DNA from: Silicimonas sp.
GTDB taxonomy: Bacteria; Pseudomonadota; Alphaproteobacteria; Rhodobacterales; Rhodobacteraceae
Reading direction: 5' to 3'
Assembly (NCBI GenBank): GCA_013002465.1
Contig: JABDJO010000067.1
Span: 461-64,460, forward strand
DNA length: 64,000 bases
The notes under the pieces were generated by a model. The model worked only from the letters and a program-made list of their open reading frames with translations. It was not told the DNA's origin and searched no databases. The translations under genes were made by a program, and so were the position numbers. Positions within the stretch are counted from its first letter, which is position 1; the number at the start of each line of letters is the position of its first letter. Shown here one piece after another: positions 19,010 to 28,230 of the stretch.

Positions 19010-19969
19010 GTGATGAATGTCGTCTCGAAGACCGAAGCGAGCCTTGCAGACCAGATCCGCGCCCACACAGGCCGCTTCACCGACAAGGCCTTTGATTGGA
19101 ACGCCTTTCCTTCCAACGCAGGGTTCGATGAACTGGCCCGCGCCCAGATGCGCTATATCGGGGCGGGCGGTTCGCCCAAGGTGGGGGATCCCGCGACGCT
19201 GAAGGCCGACAATTTCACCCTAAGCCTGATCTACAAGGAACCGGGCCGCTATGCCGCCTGCCACAGCCACGAGATCGAAGAAAGCTTCCTGATCATTTCG
19301 GGTGCCCTGATCGTCGGCTGGGAAAAGGACGGCGACGTGGTCGAGGTGAACCTTGGTCCGAAAGACATGATCCTGAACGCGCGTGAGATTGGCCACGGGT
19401 TCCGGGTGGACGGTGTGGAACCCGTTGTCATGTCGATTTCCGTCGATGTGGGCAAACCTCTGCCGCCGGTCTATCACTATCATCCCAAGGACCATCCCCC
19501 CGAACTGGCCCGCACCTTCGGGGCCGAGCCGGGCAAGACGATGCCTTACGATCCCTCAGGGGATCATCCGATCCAAAAGCTGATGGGTGACTATGTTGTC
19601 CGCCACGCCGAACTGCCGACAATCTGGGAAGACGCCGGTTTTACGCGCAAAGTCTATGTGGGCGACGCACCCGGCGCGATCCAGCACGACACCTGCCGCA
19701 AGGAAATGTGGGGCCTGCCGGTCGGCGCGCGTCTTGCACCGTTTACACGCTCGGTCGAGGACGCCTATCTTTGCCTTGACGGCAGTGTCGAGGTTGTTTG
19801 GGTAGACGAAGATGGTCACGAAGTCTCGGTCGAACTGGGGCCGCGCGATCTGGTCAAAACGCCTGCCGGTCAGGCGCACTATCTGCGCAACCCCGGTGCC
19901 GGTGCCGCCTCGGTCTGGACAGTGATTGGCACCGCGGACGACGATGGCGCGATATACAGGAAGGGGTAA
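19010..19969 (+). CDS. bicupin metalloprotein (dioxygenase-like)
   Basis: The first cupin has motif 1 HSHEIEESFLIISG (HxHx3Ex6G). The second cupin keeps motif 2, GPRDLVKTPAGQAHYLRN. RBS AGGAGGA lies upstream of GTG 19010 / ATG 19013. Confidence 0.75.
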   Translation: MMNVVSKTEASLADQIRAHTGRFTDKAFDWNAFPSNAGFDELARAQMRYIGAGGSPKVGDPATLKADNFTLSLIYKEPGRYAACHSHEIEESFLIISGALIVGWEKDGDVVEVNLGPKDMILNAREIGHGFRVDGVEPVVMSISVDVGKPLPPVYHYHPKDHPPELARTFGAEPGKTMPYDPSGDHPIQKLMGDYVVRHAELPTIWEDAGFTRKVYVGDAPGAIQHDTCRKEMWGLPVGARLAPFTRSVEDAYLCLDGSVEVVWVDEDGHEVSVELGPRDLVKTPAGQAHYLRNPGAGAASVWTVIGTADDDGAIYRKG

Positions 19970-19975
19970 GGGAAG

Positions 19976-20305
19976 ATGAGCGATCAGAATACCGCCGCCG
20001 CCAAGCCGGACGCCTTCAAGGCTCGCATGGCCGAAGCCCAGGCCGCAGGCCGCCCGGAGCTTGCACACCAAAGCCTGGGTCGCGCTCTGAGCGAAGACGA
20101 GCACGCCTTGGCCGACGCACTGATGGAGGCCTATTCCGAAGGTGCCGAAAGCCAGGGCGCCCTCGCCAAAGCGCTGACGGCCAAGGGCGTGGCCCGGCCC
20201 TCGTCGGGTACGGCTGACTGGACAGCCAAGAACCTGGGCGAAGAACTGAAGGCGCTGAATACCGACCTGGATCAGGCGTACCAGGATCACGGCTTCGGGG
20301 CCTGA
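19976..20305 (+). CDS. small hypothetical protein (109 aa, Ala/Glu-rich)
   Basis: Fits exactly between the bicupin and Rieske genes (6-nt and 19-nt gaps) on the same strand, with coding-like codon bias. The C-terminal GVARPSSGTADWTAKNLGEEL loosely resembles a recombinase-type HTH segment. Confidence 0.55.
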   Translation: MSDQNTAAAKPDAFKARMAEAQAAGRPELAHQSLGRALSEDEHALADALMEAYSEGAESQGALAKALTAKGVARPSSGTADWTAKNLGEELKALNTDLDQAYQDHGFGA

Positions 20306-20324
20306 AACAGGAGAGAGACGCACA

Positions 20325-21374
20325 ATGGCTTTGTCACCAGAAATGAAATCCCGGATCGAAGACCGCGTGAACGAGGGCGTGCGCGACTACTGGTATCCGG
20401 TTGCCAAATCGGTCGAGATCCGCGCAGACCGCCCCTATGGCGTGGTCGCACTGGGGGAAAAACTGGTGCTCTGGCGCGGTGCGGATGGTCAGATAAACTG
20501 CATCGACGACTTTTGCCCGCACCGTGGCGCTCCGCTGAGTTACGGGGAAATCCACGGCGGACACATCGGCTGCCGCTATCACGGCGTCGTCGTCGATGGC
20601 ACGGGCACCGTACAGCAGGTTCCCGCCATGCCCGATTGCCCGATGGAAGGACGCAAGGCGCTCAGATCCTATCACGTGCAGGAACACGGCGATGCGGTCT
20701 TCGTCTTCATGTCCGCAAGCGAGGCAACCGAACCGCCCGACCTGCCGCTTTCCGCCGAACTTCTTGACCCGGATTGGACAGGGTTCCTTTGCACCGCGAT
20801 CTGGGACGTGAACTATCGCTACGCCCTCGACAACCTCGCCGATCCCATGCACGGCTGTTACCTCCATGCCGACAGCTTCACACTGGCCTTCGGATCGAAA
20901 CAGGACCTTCTGCAACTGGACAACCACGAAGACGGGTTCCGCGTCAGCCGCGTCGGTCAGGTGGGCGAGAATTTCGACTGGGTTGAATTCGAAACGCCCG
21001 AGGGCGGCATGTACTGCCATCTGGACATTCCCTATCCCCCGTCCGCCGGACCCGGCGGGCACATGCGAATAGTCGGCTATGTCCTTCCGATGGCGCCAAG
21101 AAAGTGCAAGGTCTTCTTCTGGCGGATGCGCAAGGTACAAGAATTTGAACGGGACAGTTGGCGGTTTCTCTATCGCACCCGGCTGGAAGCACGCCATTGG
21201 AACGTTCTGGAACAGGACCGCGTGATGCTGGAAGGCATGCCCGATGACGCGCGCCGCCGTGAAATGCTGTATCAGCACGACATCGGCCTTGCCCATCTGC
21301 GCCGCGCCCTGAACCGCGCCGCCCGCGATCAGCTAGAGGCCGAGGATGCCGCCGGGAACGTGGCCGCGGAATGA
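20325..21374 (+). CDS. Rieske [2Fe-2S] non-heme-iron oxygenase, alpha-only (VanA/phthalate-family type)
   Basis: Rieske motif CPHRGAPLSYGEIHGGHIGCRYHG, and mononuclear iron motif NLADPMHGCYLH. Confidence 0.9.
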   Translation: MALSPEMKSRIEDRVNEGVRDYWYPVAKSVEIRADRPYGVVALGEKLVLWRGADGQINCIDDFCPHRGAPLSYGEIHGGHIGCRYHGVVVDGTGTVQQVPAMPDCPMEGRKALRSYHVQEHGDAVFVFMSASEATEPPDLPLSAELLDPDWTGFLCTAIWDVNYRYALDNLADPMHGCYLHADSFTLAFGSKQDLLQLDNHEDGFRVSRVGQVGENFDWVEFETPEGGMYCHLDIPYPPSAGPGGHMRIVGYVLPMAPRKCKVFFWRMRKVQEFERDSWRFLYRTRLEARHWNVLEQDRVMLEGMPDDARRREMLYQHDIGLAHLRRALNRAARDQLEAEDAAGNVAAE

Positions 21375-22099
21375 CATTGGAAAACAGGCACGTTCTGATC
21401 ACCGGTGCCGCCCGTGGTCTGGGGGCCGTCGTCGCGCGACACCTTTCCGAACAGGGCGCGCGCCTGACGCTGGCCGACATTGCAGAAGACGAAGGCCGCG
21501 AAGTGGCCAAAACGCTTTCCGCCACCTTCCACCCGGTCGACCTGCGCGACCCCGACAGTATCCAGACGCTGGCTACGTCGCTGGACGGCCCTTTGCATGG
21601 TCTGCTCAACAACGGAGCAATCGCCACCGGCATCGGCGGCGTCCCCTTTGAAGATGTCGAAATCGACACCTGGGACCGTGTGATGGAAGTCAACGTGCGC
21701 GGCACCTGGCTGATGACCCGCGCGATGGCTCCCGCACTTCGGGCCTCGGGCTCGGGGCGGATCGTCAACGTGGCCTCGGACACCGCCCTTTGGGGCGCCC
21801 CCAATCTTATGAGCTATGTCGCCTCGAAAGGCGCCGTCATCTCGATGACCCGCGCCCTGGCGCGTGAACTTGGCCCCGATGGCATCGGCGTGACAGCGAT
21901 TGCGCCGGGAATACTGACAACCGAAAGCACCGAGTACGTTCCACAGGCGCGCCACGATCAATACGAACGGGGACGTGCCGTTCCCGGGCCACAACCGCCC
22001 GAGGATGTCGCAGGCACAGTGGCCTTTCTTCTAAGCGAAGCGGCATTGACGCTGACGGGCCAGGTTCTACCGGTGAACCGGGGATTCGTTTTCACATGA
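21371..22099 (+). CDS. SDR-family oxidoreductase
   Basis: VLITGAARGLGAV, NNGA, and YVASKGAVISMT. ATGA overlap with the Rieske gene. Confidence 0.9.
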   Translation: MTLENRHVLITGAARGLGAVVARHLSEQGARLTLADIAEDEGREVAKTLSATFHPVDLRDPDSIQTLATSLDGPLHGLLNNGAIATGIGGVPFEDVEIDTWDRVMEVNVRGTWLMTRAMAPALRASGSGRIVNVASDTALWGAPNLMSYVASKGAVISMTRALARELGPDGIGVTAIAPGILTTESTEYVPQARHDQYERGRAVPGPQPPEDVAGTVAFLLSEAALTLTGQVLPVNRGFVFT

Positions 22100-22623
22100 C
22101 AGATGCGGAAGCGCTTCTGGACGATCTGAAACGTCCCTGGCGCCATGGCGAACACGTCGACGCGCGGGGGCTGGTATTGGATGAACCGCTGGTGCTGGAC
22201 GGTTTGGAGGTTCGGGGATTCGACTTGTCAGACGCAGTGTTGGGTGCCGGTCTCAGCGCGCGCGGCACTCGATTTCGCGGGCTGGCGTGGATGCGCGGCA
22301 CCACGGTACAAGGCGATTGCGATCTGACCGGTGCAAGCTTCCGCACCGATTTTCGTGCCGATCGGATGGCTTCGGGTGACGTCATGCTGGACGCTTGTAA
22401 CCTTCAGGGCGTGCTGTCGCTGGCCGGGGCGAAACTGTCGTCCCTGTCCCTCCAAAACGCCCTGATCATGGCAAACCTGACGCTGGAAAACGCCCGGATC
22501 GACGGAACGGTCAATCTCTCGGGGGCTGAAATCCTGGGTGGGCTCTGGACAGCCCAAGCTAAGCTCGGGGCACTCATCGACGCCGACGCCGACATCTCGG
22601 GCCGGGTACGCCTGCCCGGCTAG
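22096..22623 (+). CDS. pentapeptide-repeat protein (175 aa)
   Basis: Runs of degenerate A(D/N)LxX pentads: FDLSDAVLGAGLSARGTRFRG, CDLTGASFRTDFRADRM, ACNLQGVLSLAGAKLSSLSLQNALIMANLTLENARIDGTVNLSGAEI. ATGA overlap with the SDR gene. Confidence 0.75.
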   Translation: MTDAEALLDDLKRPWRHGEHVDARGLVLDEPLVLDGLEVRGFDLSDAVLGAGLSARGTRFRGLAWMRGTTVQGDCDLTGASFRTDFRADRMASGDVMLDACNLQGVLSLAGAKLSSLSLQNALIMANLTLENARIDGTVNLSGAEILGGLWTAQAKLGALIDADADISGRVRLPG

Positions 22624-23807
22624 ACCGCCAGTTTTGCCTCTGCTTCGGCGTCAAGTTCGGCCAGCCTGCCATAAAACCCATCAACCTTGGCCTGCGCCCC
22701 ATCACGCATCTCGGCGTTGCGCGCCTCAATGTCGCCCTCGACCTCGCGGGCACCTGCCTCGCCCACCGAACGCGAAACGTCCTGCACGAACTGGCAAACC
22801 GGCAGGCGTGCCGCGCCAAAGACGTCCAGGGCCTCCCCCAGGGTCTCCCGCGCCTCGATTGCCTGGGCCAGCACCACCGCGTCCTGCATGGCCATGGCCC
22901 CGCCCTGCCCCATGAACGGCGTCGAGGCATGGGCCGCGTCCCCAATCAACAGCACCCGCCCCCGATGCCAGGGCAAGGGCAGCACCACTTCTTCGACGGC
23001 CGTATACAGCACTTCGGCCCCGGCGTGCAGATCGGCCAGGAACCGGGCGGCGGGGCCTTGGAATTCGGCGAACTTCGCGGCCATGGTCTCGGGCCAGGTG
23101 GCCGGTTCATAGTGGTGATCCTTCGGTTCGGCGAGTGTGCCAAACGTGTACAAAAGATCGTCGCTGATCGGCATGATGCCGAACCGCTTGGCCGGGCCCA
23201 TGACCATGATCTTGTCGGTCAGGTCCGCCGGTCGCCGGTGGACGGCGCGCCAGACGCCAAACCCGGTATAGCGCGGCGCGACGTCAATCCCGATCATCGC
23301 CCGTGTGGCAGACCGCACCCCGTCCGCGCCGATGACCAGATTGGTTCGCACCTGGGTTCCGTCGGAAAGATCGACCAGGACACCCCCTGCCACGTCTTCC
23401 AGACCCCGAACATTCGTCCCCAACTGAACCGGCACCCCAAGCGCCGCTATGCGAGCCGTCATCACGCGGTGCATCTCGGCCCGCCTGATGCCAAGGATTG
23501 CGGGGATGCGGCCACCGTCAGCAGTGGGATAGATCGTTTCGACAATGGCGGCGCCGGTATGATCAAAGTAAGCGTTGCGCCCGCCCGGCACCGGGAAACC
23601 GGCGGCTAGGATGTCATCCAAAAGCCCCAGCTTGTCGAGGCTGACCAGTCCATTGGCGTAAACGAAGATACCCGAGCTTTGAAACCGCCAGGCGTTCTCT
23701 TTTTCAACAATGCGCACCCGGTGACCGTTCTGCGTCAGGGCAATGGCCGCACAGCACCCGGCAATACCACCGCCGACGATCAGGATATCAAGGCGCCCGC
23801 GGTTCAT
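22620..23807 (-). CDS. FAD-dependent (group A) aromatic monooxygenase
   Basis: DILIVGGGIAGCCAA (GxGxxG), GADGVRSATR, and LIGDAAHASTPFMGQGGAMAMQDA. Confidence 0.9.
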   Translation of the reverse strand: MNRGRLDILIVGGGIAGCCAAIALTQNGHRVRIVEKENAWRFQSSGIFVYANGLVSLDKLGLLDDILAAGFPVPGGRNAYFDHTGAAIVETIYPTADGGRIPAILGIRRAEMHRVMTARIAALGVPVQLGTNVRGLEDVAGGVLVDLSDGTQVRTNLVIGADGVRSATRAMIGIDVAPRYTGFGVWRAVHRRPADLTDKIMVMGPAKRFGIMPISDDLLYTFGTLAEPKDHHYEPATWPETMAAKFAEFQGPAARFLADLHAGAEVLYTAVEEVVLPLPWHRGRVLLIGDAAHASTPFMGQGGAMAMQDAVVLAQAIEARETLGEALDVFGAARLPVCQFVQDVSRSVGEAGAREVEGDIEARNAEMRDGAQAKVDGFYGRLAELDAEAEAKLAV

Positions 23808-25372
23808 GCCTGATGTGTCGGCACCAGCGACATGTCTCTGAGCGCGATCTGTCGATCCACAAGCAGATGCATCATGGCCGACTTTTGCCCTGCCGCAGAA
23901 GAATCAGCCCAAAGGTTGCAAAGCTCGTGCGGGTCGTCTTGCAAATCATACAGTTCACCCAGGTCCGACCCTTCGAAAACGCTCATCCGCCAACCCTTAT
24001 GTACCAAAGTCCGGCTGGCGGTCCGACTGTCGTCACTGGCAAAAGCTATGCCCGAGTCCTCGATCAGAACGGGAAGGTTGGCAGCATCCCCGGCAAGAAG
24101 ATCACGGCCTTGCATACCAACGGGACATTGCAGACCCGCCCTTTGCAGCAAGGTCGGCGCGAAGTCGATGGCGCTGCCTTGCACTCTGGCGACCGTTCCG
24201 TCCAACCGCCCCGGATCCCGCCAGATCAAGGGAACGCGGATCAGCCCGTGGCTGTGCAACCCGTGCTTCAGGACAGTTCCGTGGTCCCCCATGTAATCGC
24301 CGTGATCGGACATGAAGACGATGACTGTGTTCTTGGCCTTGCCACTCGCCTCCAGCGCGCCCAGCACCTTGCCGACCCAATCGTCGATCATGGTGATGGC
24401 GCCATAGTTCAGGGCAATCATCCGGCGAACGCTGGCTTCGTCCGCGTGGAACGGCCAATAGGCGTTGGGCTTCTCTGCACCCACTTCGTAAACACGCTGG
24501 ATATGGGCCGGCAGATCGTTGCGCGCCCGCGTCGGGTGGTGAAAGCTTGCCGGCAACGGGATGTCGCCAGGATCGTACATGTCGAAATAACGCCCGGGCG
24601 GCGTGAAAGGATGGTGCGGATCGGGAAACGAGGCGACAAGCAGGAACGGAGCGTCGTCAGCCTGCCGCAGAAACTCACAAGCTTCCTGGCCGACATAGGC
24701 CGTCGGATAAAACTCCTCCGGCACCGCCGTGCGCCAAATCTGCGGCGCCTCGCCCTCACCGTCAGCGATAGCCTGCCCCCTTCCCCTGGGATCGGGCGCA
24801 CCATCCAGCCGATCGCGCAACCAGGCCGAATAATGGCCTTCGACCTGATCGCCATGGCCGATGCAAAGCCGCAAGTGATCAAAGCCATAGTACGGCAGGG
24901 GCACCTCGCGGTCAGGATCGTTGATCCAAAAATTGCGGATTTCCTGTTCATAGGCCGGGCCGCGCCGTTGCGACCTCAACGCCAAATGAAACGGCTCGGG
25001 TGGCGCATCACCCGCACCGGCAAGCAAGGGCAAAGGCGCGGCAATGGGTGAAACGTTCTGAAAATGCGACTTGCCCACCAGCCCGGTCCGATATCCCGCC
25101 GACCGCAGGACGTCGGCATAGGTCGTGCAATCCAAGCCCAGCGGAATGCCGTTCTGGCGACACCCGTTGACCGACGTCAACTGCCCCGTGGCCAGGGCCG
25201 CGCGGTTCGGCTGACAAATCGGGTTGGAGACATAGAAGTTGTCGAAGCGGGTTCCGTGTGCGGCCAACCCGTCGATGTTCGGCGTTTGCACGATGTCATT
25301 GCCATAGCACCCCAGATGGTCCGCCCGTTGCTGGTCGGTCATGATGACAAGGAAGTTCGGACGGTTCGTCAT
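23804..25372 (-). CDS. Cys-type (formylglycine) sulfatase, cytoplasmic
   Basis: MTNRPNFLVIMTDQQRADHLG with no signal peptide, CxPxR motif NPICQPNRAALATGQ, GKSHF, and SDHGDYMGDHG. Confidence 0.9.
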   Translation of the reverse strand: MTNRPNFLVIMTDQQRADHLGCYGNDIVQTPNIDGLAAHGTRFDNFYVSNPICQPNRAALATGQLTSVNGCRQNGIPLGLDCTTYADVLRSAGYRTGLVGKSHFQNVSPIAAPLPLLAGAGDAPPEPFHLALRSQRRGPAYEQEIRNFWINDPDREVPLPYYGFDHLRLCIGHGDQVEGHYSAWLRDRLDGAPDPRGRGQAIADGEGEAPQIWRTAVPEEFYPTAYVGQEACEFLRQADDAPFLLVASFPDPHHPFTPPGRYFDMYDPGDIPLPASFHHPTRARNDLPAHIQRVYEVGAEKPNAYWPFHADEASVRRMIALNYGAITMIDDWVGKVLGALEASGKAKNTVIVFMSDHGDYMGDHGTVLKHGLHSHGLIRVPLIWRDPGRLDGTVARVQGSAIDFAPTLLQRAGLQCPVGMQGRDLLAGDAANLPVLIEDSGIAFASDDSRTASRTLVHKGWRMSVFEGSDLGELYDLQDDPHELCNLWADSSAAGQKSAMMHLLVDRQIALRDMSLVPTHQA

Positions 25373-26685
25373 CGGAACATCAGATCGACGGGATAGGTCA
25401 CAAGTGCCGGGAAGAAGAACAGCAAAAGGATCGCCAGCAAATCGCAGATGATAAAGGGCACCGCCGCGCGATAGATATCAGCCATCGTGGTGCCGATCGG
25501 GGCCACCGCCTTCATCACGAACAACGCGGCTCCGAAAGGGGGCGAAGTTGCGCCTGTTTCGATGGCGACAAGGTACATGGCGGCAAACCAGATCGGGTCG
25601 AAACCGAACTGCAGCACGATCGGCACGAAGATCGGCAGGGTGATCAGCATGATCGGCAAAGGCCCCATGAACATGCCCATGAAGGCAACCAGCATGATCA
25701 TCGCAAAGACGATGGCGCTGTCCGAAATCTCAAGCGCCAGCACCGCGTCGACCATGCCGTAGGTGGCACCGGTAAAGGCCAGAAGCTGCGAAAACGTCAC
25801 CGCGCCCGACACGATCAACAGAACCATGACCGATATATTGGCGCTGGAAAACATCGTGTCGCCAAAAACCTTCGGCGTCAGGCGTCGACGTGCGGCGGCC
25901 AGGATCAGCGTTGCGAAGGCGCCCGTGGCCGCTGCCTCGCTTGGGGTGGCGAGCCCCAGGAAAATGACACCGACCACTGAAAAAACGACAAAGGCCAAGG
26001 GCAGGATGTTGATGACCGTCGCCGAGACCTTTTCCCCAAACGGGACCTTCGGCACATCGAACGGTGGGGCAAGCTCGGGCTGCAGGTGGCAACGGCCAAG
26101 GATGTAAATGATGTACAAAAGCGCCATCAACAATCCCGGCACGATGATCCCGATCAGGACCTTGCCGATCGAGATCTCGGCAATGACGCCCAGCACCACG
26201 GCCAGCGACGACGGCGGGATCATGATCGCCAGCCCCGAGGACCCCAGGATCGGACCCAGTGACATCGGTTTGGCATAGCCGCGCTTTTCCATCTCGGGCG
26301 TCAGCGATGAGCCAAGCAGCGCGATGGACCCCATTGAGTTTCCGGTGAGCGTCGAGAACAAGACGCCGCCGCCCACGGCCATCAGGGCCAGGCGTCCGCG
26401 CAATTTTCCGAACCACTTGTCCAGCGTGTCCATCAGGTCGATGGCAATGCCAGAGCGGAACATCGCTTCGCCCATGATCATGAACAGCGCAATGGGGATC
26501 AGCGTAAAGCTGGAGACGGAATCGATGGTGTTCAGCACCAGTTGCTCGACCCCCGAAAGACCACCCATCAGGATGTAGGAACCGACCAGATTGACCGCCA
26601 GAAACGCGAACGCCACCGGCAGACCCAGCCCCATCAGAACGAAAAGCGGCCCAAGGATCACGGCGATGGTGACATACCACGCCAT
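25369..26685 (-). CDS. dctM: TRAP transporter large permease
   Basis: 438-aa polytopic membrane protein of DctM type. Overlaps the sulfatase start (ATGA). Confidence 0.9.
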   Translation of the reverse strand: MAWYVTIAVILGPLFVLMGLGLPVAFAFLAVNLVGSYILMGGLSGVEQLVLNTIDSVSSFTLIPIALFMIMGEAMFRSGIAIDLMDTLDKWFGKLRGRLALMAVGGGVLFSTLTGNSMGSIALLGSSLTPEMEKRGYAKPMSLGPILGSSGLAIMIPPSSLAVVLGVIAEISIGKVLIGIIVPGLLMALLYIIYILGRCHLQPELAPPFDVPKVPFGEKVSATVINILPLAFVVFSVVGVIFLGLATPSEAAATGAFATLILAAARRRLTPKVFGDTMFSSANISVMVLLIVSGAVTFSQLLAFTGATYGMVDAVLALEISDSAIVFAMIMLVAFMGMFMGPLPIMLITLPIFVPIVLQFGFDPIWFAAMYLVAIETGATSPPFGAALFVMKAVAPIGTTMADIYRAAVPFIICDLLAILLLFFFPALVTYPVDLMFR

Positions 26686-26688
26686 CGC

Positions 26689-27189
26689 TCAGAGCACCTC
26701 GCCCCGAAAGCTGCGCACCAATTGGTCAAGGAACTGAACGCTCATCAATCCCATGCCAAGCGGCAGCGACGCGGTGATCCACCAGCTTAAGGGGCGCATG
26801 ACGGTGACCTCGCGCGTGCCTGTGCTGAATTGATCCAGGACGACCTGAATACCAACCACGGTCAGCACGCCGCAGACGGCGAACCCGATCCCGGCATTCA
26901 GGGTCTGAACGATCAGGCGCGGCTTGCGTGAAAGGCTGGCGTACAGAAGATCAAGCACCACATGGGCGTTCTTTTCCAAGAGGTAGGGCGCGCCAAGAAA
27001 GGTGATGAACAGAAGCGCGTATTCGCTGACCTCGATCACCCACAGCCGCGACGATCCGCCGAAGGCGCGGACCGTCACTTCGAAACAGATGATGGTGGCG
27101 ATAAAGAACAAAAGGGCTGCACCAAGGATCGCACACAAAAGGTTCAGGCGGCTGAATATGTGCCGCAGCTTATCCAGGCTTTGATCCAA
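26689..27189 (-). CDS. dctQ: TRAP transporter small permease
   Basis: 166 aa with four hydrophobic helices, placed between dctP and dctM. Confidence 0.85.
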   Translation of the reverse strand: MDQSLDKLRHIFSRLNLLCAILGAALLFFIATIICFEVTVRAFGGSSRLWVIEVSEYALLFITFLGAPYLLEKNAHVVLDLLYASLSRKPRLIVQTLNAGIGFAVCGVLTVVGIQVVLDQFSTGTREVTVMRPLSWWITASLPLGMGLMSVQFLDQLVRSFRGEVL

Positions 27190-27261
27190 CCGGCTTGTCC
27201 CCTCGCGACAAGGCAGAGCCGATTGGCTCGGCCCCGCCCCCGTGTTTCGTTGGCTAAGGCG

Positions 27262-28230
27262 TCACTTGTCCAGCATGCCACGCAGTTCGGCCGCGATATC
27301 CGCACCGGCATTGGCCGCCGTAACGTCCCAGGCCGCATCCATCGCGATTTTCTCATAGCGCGCCGCTTCGTCGGCGGGCAGTTCCAGGAATTTGAACCCG
27401 GCCTCTTCCATCGCCTTGCGGCTGGCGGCGATATCCTCGGCCCAGATGCTGTCCATCCGTGGCGCGAAATCATCGCGCAGGAAGGTGGTCAGGCGCTGTT
27501 GCAGGTCAGGCGACATCTCGGCCCAGATGTCCTTGTTGACCAGCACGGGGAAACCCGCACGGTAAACACCTGGCTGGATGACCGTTTTGACCAACCCGCC
27601 GAATTGTTCGGCCTGACCCAACGGCCCCTGCATATAGCCGTCGATGGCACCCCTTTCGAGCGCCGTGAAAATCTCGCCCATAGGCAGCACGATCGGTTCG
27701 GCCCCAAGCGCCTGAACCAGCGGCAACAGCGTGGGAAAGACCCGGATGCGCTTGCCTTTCAGGTCCTCAAGGCCCGAAACCTCATCCTTCATGTAGATCT
27801 GGAAGTTCAGCTGCGTGGCCGGAATTTCGCCCACAAGGATCAGATCCTTTTCGGCATGCAACTCGGTCATCCGCTCGTGATAATCGGTGGCTGAAATCTC
27901 GTCGTAGTTCTTGAACGACAGGTTCATCGTGCCCGAAGTCGGCACCAAACCCTGGTAATAGCTGGGGCTGGTGTAAGTCATGCCCATGGCACCGTTGCGC
28001 ACGCCTTCGGCCTGCTTGAAGGGCGGCATGACCTCGGGTCCGCCACGCCAGGTGATCTCGATTTCGCCGGCGAATTTCTCGTTCACCTCTTCGACAAATT
28101 GCGCAAACGGCTTGTTGATATAAACCGGCTTCGGGGCAAGCGTGACGGCGTTGATCTTGACCGCGTCGGCCAGGGCGGGTGCGGCGGCCAGCGTTGCCGC
28201 GACAAGCGCGCATTTAAGCAGATGTTTCAT
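27262..28230 (-). CDS. dctP: TRAP transporter substrate-binding protein (DctP family)
   Basis: Signal peptide MKHLLKCALVAATLAAAPALADA. 322 aa. RBS GGGAGAA. Confidence 0.9.
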   Translation of the reverse strand: MKHLLKCALVAATLAAAPALADAVKINAVTLAPKPVYINKPFAQFVEEVNEKFAGEIEITWRGGPEVMPPFKQAEGVRNGAMGMTYTSPSYYQGLVPTSGTMNLSFKNYDEISATDYHERMTELHAEKDLILVGEIPATQLNFQIYMKDEVSGLEDLKGKRIRVFPTLLPLVQALGAEPIVLPMGEIFTALERGAIDGYMQGPLGQAEQFGGLVKTVIQPGVYRAGFPVLVNKDIWAEMSPDLQQRLTTFLRDDFAPRMDSIWAEDIAASRKAMEEAGFKFLELPADEAARYEKIAMDAAWDVTAANAGADIAAELRGMLDK

